A DNA stretch of 64,000 nt, taken from an uncultured Planctomycetales bacterium. Lineage in GTDB: Bacteria; Planctomycetota; Phycisphaerae; UBA1845; Fen-1342. This document shows positions 61,901 through 64,000 of the stretch, piece after piece; within the stretch, counting starts at the first letter, position 1, and each line of letters starts with the position of its first letter. The position numbers and the translations under genes were made by a program. Location of the stretch: the NCBI GenBank assembly GCA_964572345.1, contig CAZNFA010000006.1, positions 89,437 through 153,436 of the forward strand, written 5' to 3'. A model generated the notes under the pieces. It made no database searches. It was given only the letters and a program-made list of their open reading frames with translations, and was not told where the DNA came from.

Positions 61901-62079
61901 AGCCGGCGGGCGATCGCGCACTGGACGGGCTGCTACCGAGCGAGTTGCCGCTGCGGATCGGGGCATACCGCGAGCCGGGCCAGCCGGAGCACTTTCCGTT
62001 TCGCGGGTGTCTGGACGAGCTGGCGTTTTACAACCGCGCGCTGCGGCTGGAGGAGATCCAGTCGCTGGCGGGAAAGTAA
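58924..62079 (+). CDS. Large secreted protein: glycoside-hydrolase-like N-terminal region plus C-terminal LamG (concanavalin A-like) domain
   Basis: Signal peptide MRRTLLAGLIVFGWGTLGSPAG. C-terminal FSIVFFARPEPWDADPQMPVLLSKGTWMGDGYFIQLYRGKVRVGLGEQRSLDAATLEPGRWTHVAVAYDGAEARLYLDAEPAG is LamG-like. The N-terminal ~600 aa has a TIM-barrel-like hydrolase flavour, but the family is not determined. Confidence 0.6.
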   Translation: MRRTLLAGLIVFGWGTLGSPAGEYSPGKLVIVPPADADPLVTLAASELRHYAYLRTGMLPPVRGMIPAHEPSITLLNGPGENLPVGGPDPNQNHAIYVASRSPLKIVVHGASPAATLWAAYALIESWGLGFYLGGDAVPKRDPNFTVEPIQATYAPVLAIRGNLPWFNFLNSPTTWNPQDYKTFFSQMAKQKANFIGFHAYDHEPFGGYNITRAKAKMGGPLMTTISAHRWWSPHAMSTKDFLFGTDLFFDRGEWGCEVGIEDAWTFAPGRTVRLQQQMMADALAYARRRAIRTCLGWEVRGNPEDPNVRAAFRQRLRHTLATYPLDYVWIWQSEGRGTGGRPEGTGVDPDIAQAFAYLGPKRDLSEAARITKFVRLAHETLHELAPQVRLIVSGWGGDQWMRFTTLYEGLDQVVPPDVIFAALDNIDPRLADQVSEVYAKVSPQRERWPIPWFESDGGHTRVDQTGPQTNVTAFEPLLQDIVRKGCQGALGIHWRTRNVEDVAGYLYRFGWNPDLTAAEFFRRYAEDHYSPKDAEHMAQVHLRLEELGPQYVGAAGCIECSTPFTWFFEPRGPHAGHKPNVAGHLPDAERVPELRALAKDLLERSERAAADGRHHEAKQYRDLAQTIRWLLARARVGWEIWNSAAPLEQRLRDAERLVEPGRVDQARAAARRLLADLEALDFREGLEALASTCRTRGELGMLATANSRYGRFYATFVQRVAQILGEPLPQARGAGRWTGPEVLTVFPVPNRVAANETVHFDAVLLPADRATAFHVKLVGLTPSAPDVSLLLARLGGAYYRVVFHPPGEGVWAWSLTPNGAYQRPSGAIPLPEGMLTIGPPVGPVEPSYRPPPRRVQQEPVLKIDFDQPLREYGDVVGNAKRTAGVRGQALDTRAGGFLRLTDASAAVAFGGPFSIVFFARPEPWDADPQMPVLLSKGTWMGDGYFIQLYRGKVRVGLGEQRSLDAATLEPGRWTHVAVAYDGAEARLYLDAEPAGDRALDGLLPSELPLRIGAYREPGQPEHFPFRGCLDELAFYNRALRLEEIQSLAGK

Positions 62080-62176
62080 ACGAAACCGGTTTCCAGAGCG
62101 AACAGGGCGCCGGCGGGACCGTTATCATACGCCCAGCCCGCTCCAAGCCGGGGCGACATGAGGATATGAAACGCCC

Positions 62177-64000
62177 GTGACACGTCGGCAACGGCAAGCG
62201 AACCTGTCCGCCCTGCTGGTCGGTCTGATCGCGACCGGCGTGGTCTTGCTGACATACGGGCTAGGGGGACTCGACTGGCTGGAGCTCACGACGCTGGATC
62301 TACGGTTCATCTACGCGAACTCGATCCGCGCGCATCCGGACATCGTTCACATCGACATCGATGATCGAACGCTGGAGCTGGTCGGGCGCTGGCCCTGGCC
62401 GCGCGACAAGCAGGCGGCGCTCGTATCGATTCCGCTCGAGGTGGGTGTCAAAGCACTGCTGGTTGACTTGACCTGGGTCGAACAAGAGCCGTGGCGGACC
62501 GTCGCGCCGCCCGGCGGTGGGATTCTGTGGGATCCGCTGGAGTTGGCGGTGCAGCAGAATCCGGAGATTGCGTTCCCGGATTACGAGCTCCGGGCGGCGA
62601 TGGCGCGAGCCGAGAACGTTTATGTCGCGTGCCACTACCCGGAACACGACCTGGAGCGCAGCCCGGGGTTCGAGGCAATCGTGGACGCGTTACTGGACGG
62701 CGATCAGCAGGAGGCGCGCCGCCGGGCGCTGCAGCTTGAAACCGAACGCGCGCGGCACATCAAGGACGACCGAGAAAAGCGGAAGGATCCGCTCGCGCGG
62801 GCGCGCATCGTCGCCGCCCTACAGGCGGCGCCCGGACTGAACGCAGCCGCCACCGCGGAGCAGTTGGGCCTGCCGCGCGCTTCCGTGGTCGAGGCCTTCG
62901 AACGCTGCCGACAAGCGGCCTTCCGGCGCGCCATCCGAATCTGGCTGGACGAGCAGCCCGACCGCTGGCAACGTGACCCGTGGAACCTGGTCCGTGGGCT
63001 GCACACGCACTTGGCCGGCCCCGGCCAATCGTTCGCGGACGACACGGAAGTGAAAGCAGTGTTGGCTGTGGCGCTGCACGAGGTGCTGGGCTATGAGGCG
63101 ACGACCCGGGCCCAACTAGTCCCGCTCGAGCGGGTAACGAGCGTCGCCGAGCCACTCGAGGCGATCGTTCCGGTGAACTACCTGCTGGCGCGTGCGGCCA
63201 AACGCTGCGGCTTCGTCACGTTCAAGCCCGACCACGACGGCATCATGCGCCGCGAGGCGCTCTTCGCCCGCCATGGCGATCGCGTCCTGACCCAACTCGC
63301 CTTCGGGCTGGCCTGCGACCTGCTCGGCGTGACGGCGGCCGACATCGTGGTGAAACCCAACCGGCTGGTACTTCGCCCGCACGGGACCGAGACCGCTCCA
63401 CTTGTCATCCAACTCGATGACCACGGGCGCACGCTGGTGCCTTGGGTGCCGCCTGGCGGCGAGTCCGACGGCGCGGCAGCACAATCGCAGACCAGCGTGG
63501 AGCACCGGTCCGCCCGTATCCCGGCGGCGATGATCTGGCAGGTACATGACCGGCGCCGGCTGATCGCCGAGAATAAACGCGCGATTCGTGACACGCTCGA
63601 ACGAGTGTTATCGAGTGACTACTTCGGCGATGCTGAGGAATATGCGCGACAACTCCACGAGATGAAACTGCTCCAAGCTGAGCTACGCAATGCGCGGTAT
63701 CACGGCTTGGCGGGGGCGATCGCGGAACTCGAGCCCCGGCTGGCGGCCCTGGAGCGCACCGTCGCCGAACGCGAACAACACCAGTCGGCCCGCGTGCGGA
63801 GCGAGCACGCGCGGCTGAGTGAAGTCCCGCCCGAACAGCTCTCGCCCGAGGAGAACCGCACTTTCGACATTGTCGAGCTTCTGGTCAGCGAACTCCGGAA
63901 GATCGAGCGGCCACAGCACGCCAACACGAGCCTGCAAGCCGAGATCGAAGACACGCTGAGCTGGTTGCGAGAGAGAATTGCCGGGAAGATCTGTTTGATC
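62177..64000 (+). CDS. CHASE2 sensor-domain membrane protein, partial (continues beyond window end)
   Basis: Manual translation from GTG (VTRRQRQANLSALLVGLIATGVVLLTYGL...). Hallmark CHASE2 motif DIVHIDIDDRTLELVGRWPWPRDKQAALVSIPLEVGVKALLVDLTW. No stop before 64000, hence it is absent from the ORF track. Confidence 0.65.
   Translation, partial: MTRRQRQANLSALLVGLIATGVVLLTYGLGGLDWLELTTLDLRFIYANSIRAHPDIVHIDIDDRTLELVGRWPWPRDKQAALVSIPLEVGVKALLVDLTWVEQEPWRTVAPPGGGILWDPLELAVQQNPEIAFPDYELRAAMARAENVYVACHYPEHDLERSPGFEAIVDALLDGDQQEARRRALQLETERARHIKDDREKRKDPLARARIVAALQAAPGLNAAATAEQLGLPRASVVEAFERCRQAAFRRAIRIWLDEQPDRWQRDPWNLVRGLHTHLAGPGQSFADDTEVKAVLAVALHEVLGYEATTRAQLVPLERVTSVAEPLEAIVPVNYLLARAAKRCGFVTFKPDHDGIMRREALFARHGDRVLTQLAFGLACDLLGVTAADIVVKPNRLVLRPHGTETAPLVIQLDDHGRTLVPWVPPGGESDGAAAQSQTSVEHRSARIPAAMIWQVHDRRRLIAENKRAIRDTLERVLSSDYFGDAEEYARQLHEMKLLQAELRNARYHGLAGAIAELEPRLAALERTVAEREQHQSARVRSEHARLSEVPPEQLSPEENRTFDIVELLVSELRKIERPQHANTSLQAEIEDTLSWLRERIAGKICLI

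Overview
This is a high-GC (roughly 68-70% by eye) bacterial chromosomal segment. Its gene content points to Planctomycetota: a PEP-CTERM protein, dockerin-like repeats on a giant Ig-repeat protein, a DUF1570-like HExxH protein, a serpin, many signal-peptide/lipobox proteins, and very dense GC3-rich ORFs on both strands.

Housekeeping genes are present: rnpA, the RNase P RNA gene rnpB, recO, folD and mrdA-rodA. They sit alongside envelope and secreted proteins: an LPP20-like repeat cluster, a 1437-aa Ig-repeat protein, a TPR protein, NfeD-flotillin, two TlpA redoxins, a CPBP protease, an ENPP-like phosphodiesterase and a glycoside hydrolase.

About 39-54 kb is an accessory block. It holds an orphan phage terminase-like gene, a Fic gene whose start is preceded by ATGATAC-containing palindromes, and two lower-GC hypothetical genes, one with an Abi-like C-terminus. 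A noncoding array of three ~45-nt repeats follows. Next to it is a partial type VI secretion cluster, tssE-tssF-tssG-tssH(clpV). No sheath, Hcp, VgrG or membrane-complex genes are nearby; a STAS protein, a small secreted protein and an unassigned 236-aa ORF occupy the slot where they would normally be.

rnpB carries a ~130-nt near-perfect palindromic insertion. rnpA is translationally coupled (ATGA overlaps) to two glycosyltransferases rather than yidD-yidC.

All calls come from reading the translated ORFs and the DNA by eye. Family assignments are motif-based. Start codons were re-derived where an internal start with a signal peptide, RBS or gene-overlap logic was visible. Coordinates read directly from sequence may be off by about one base.
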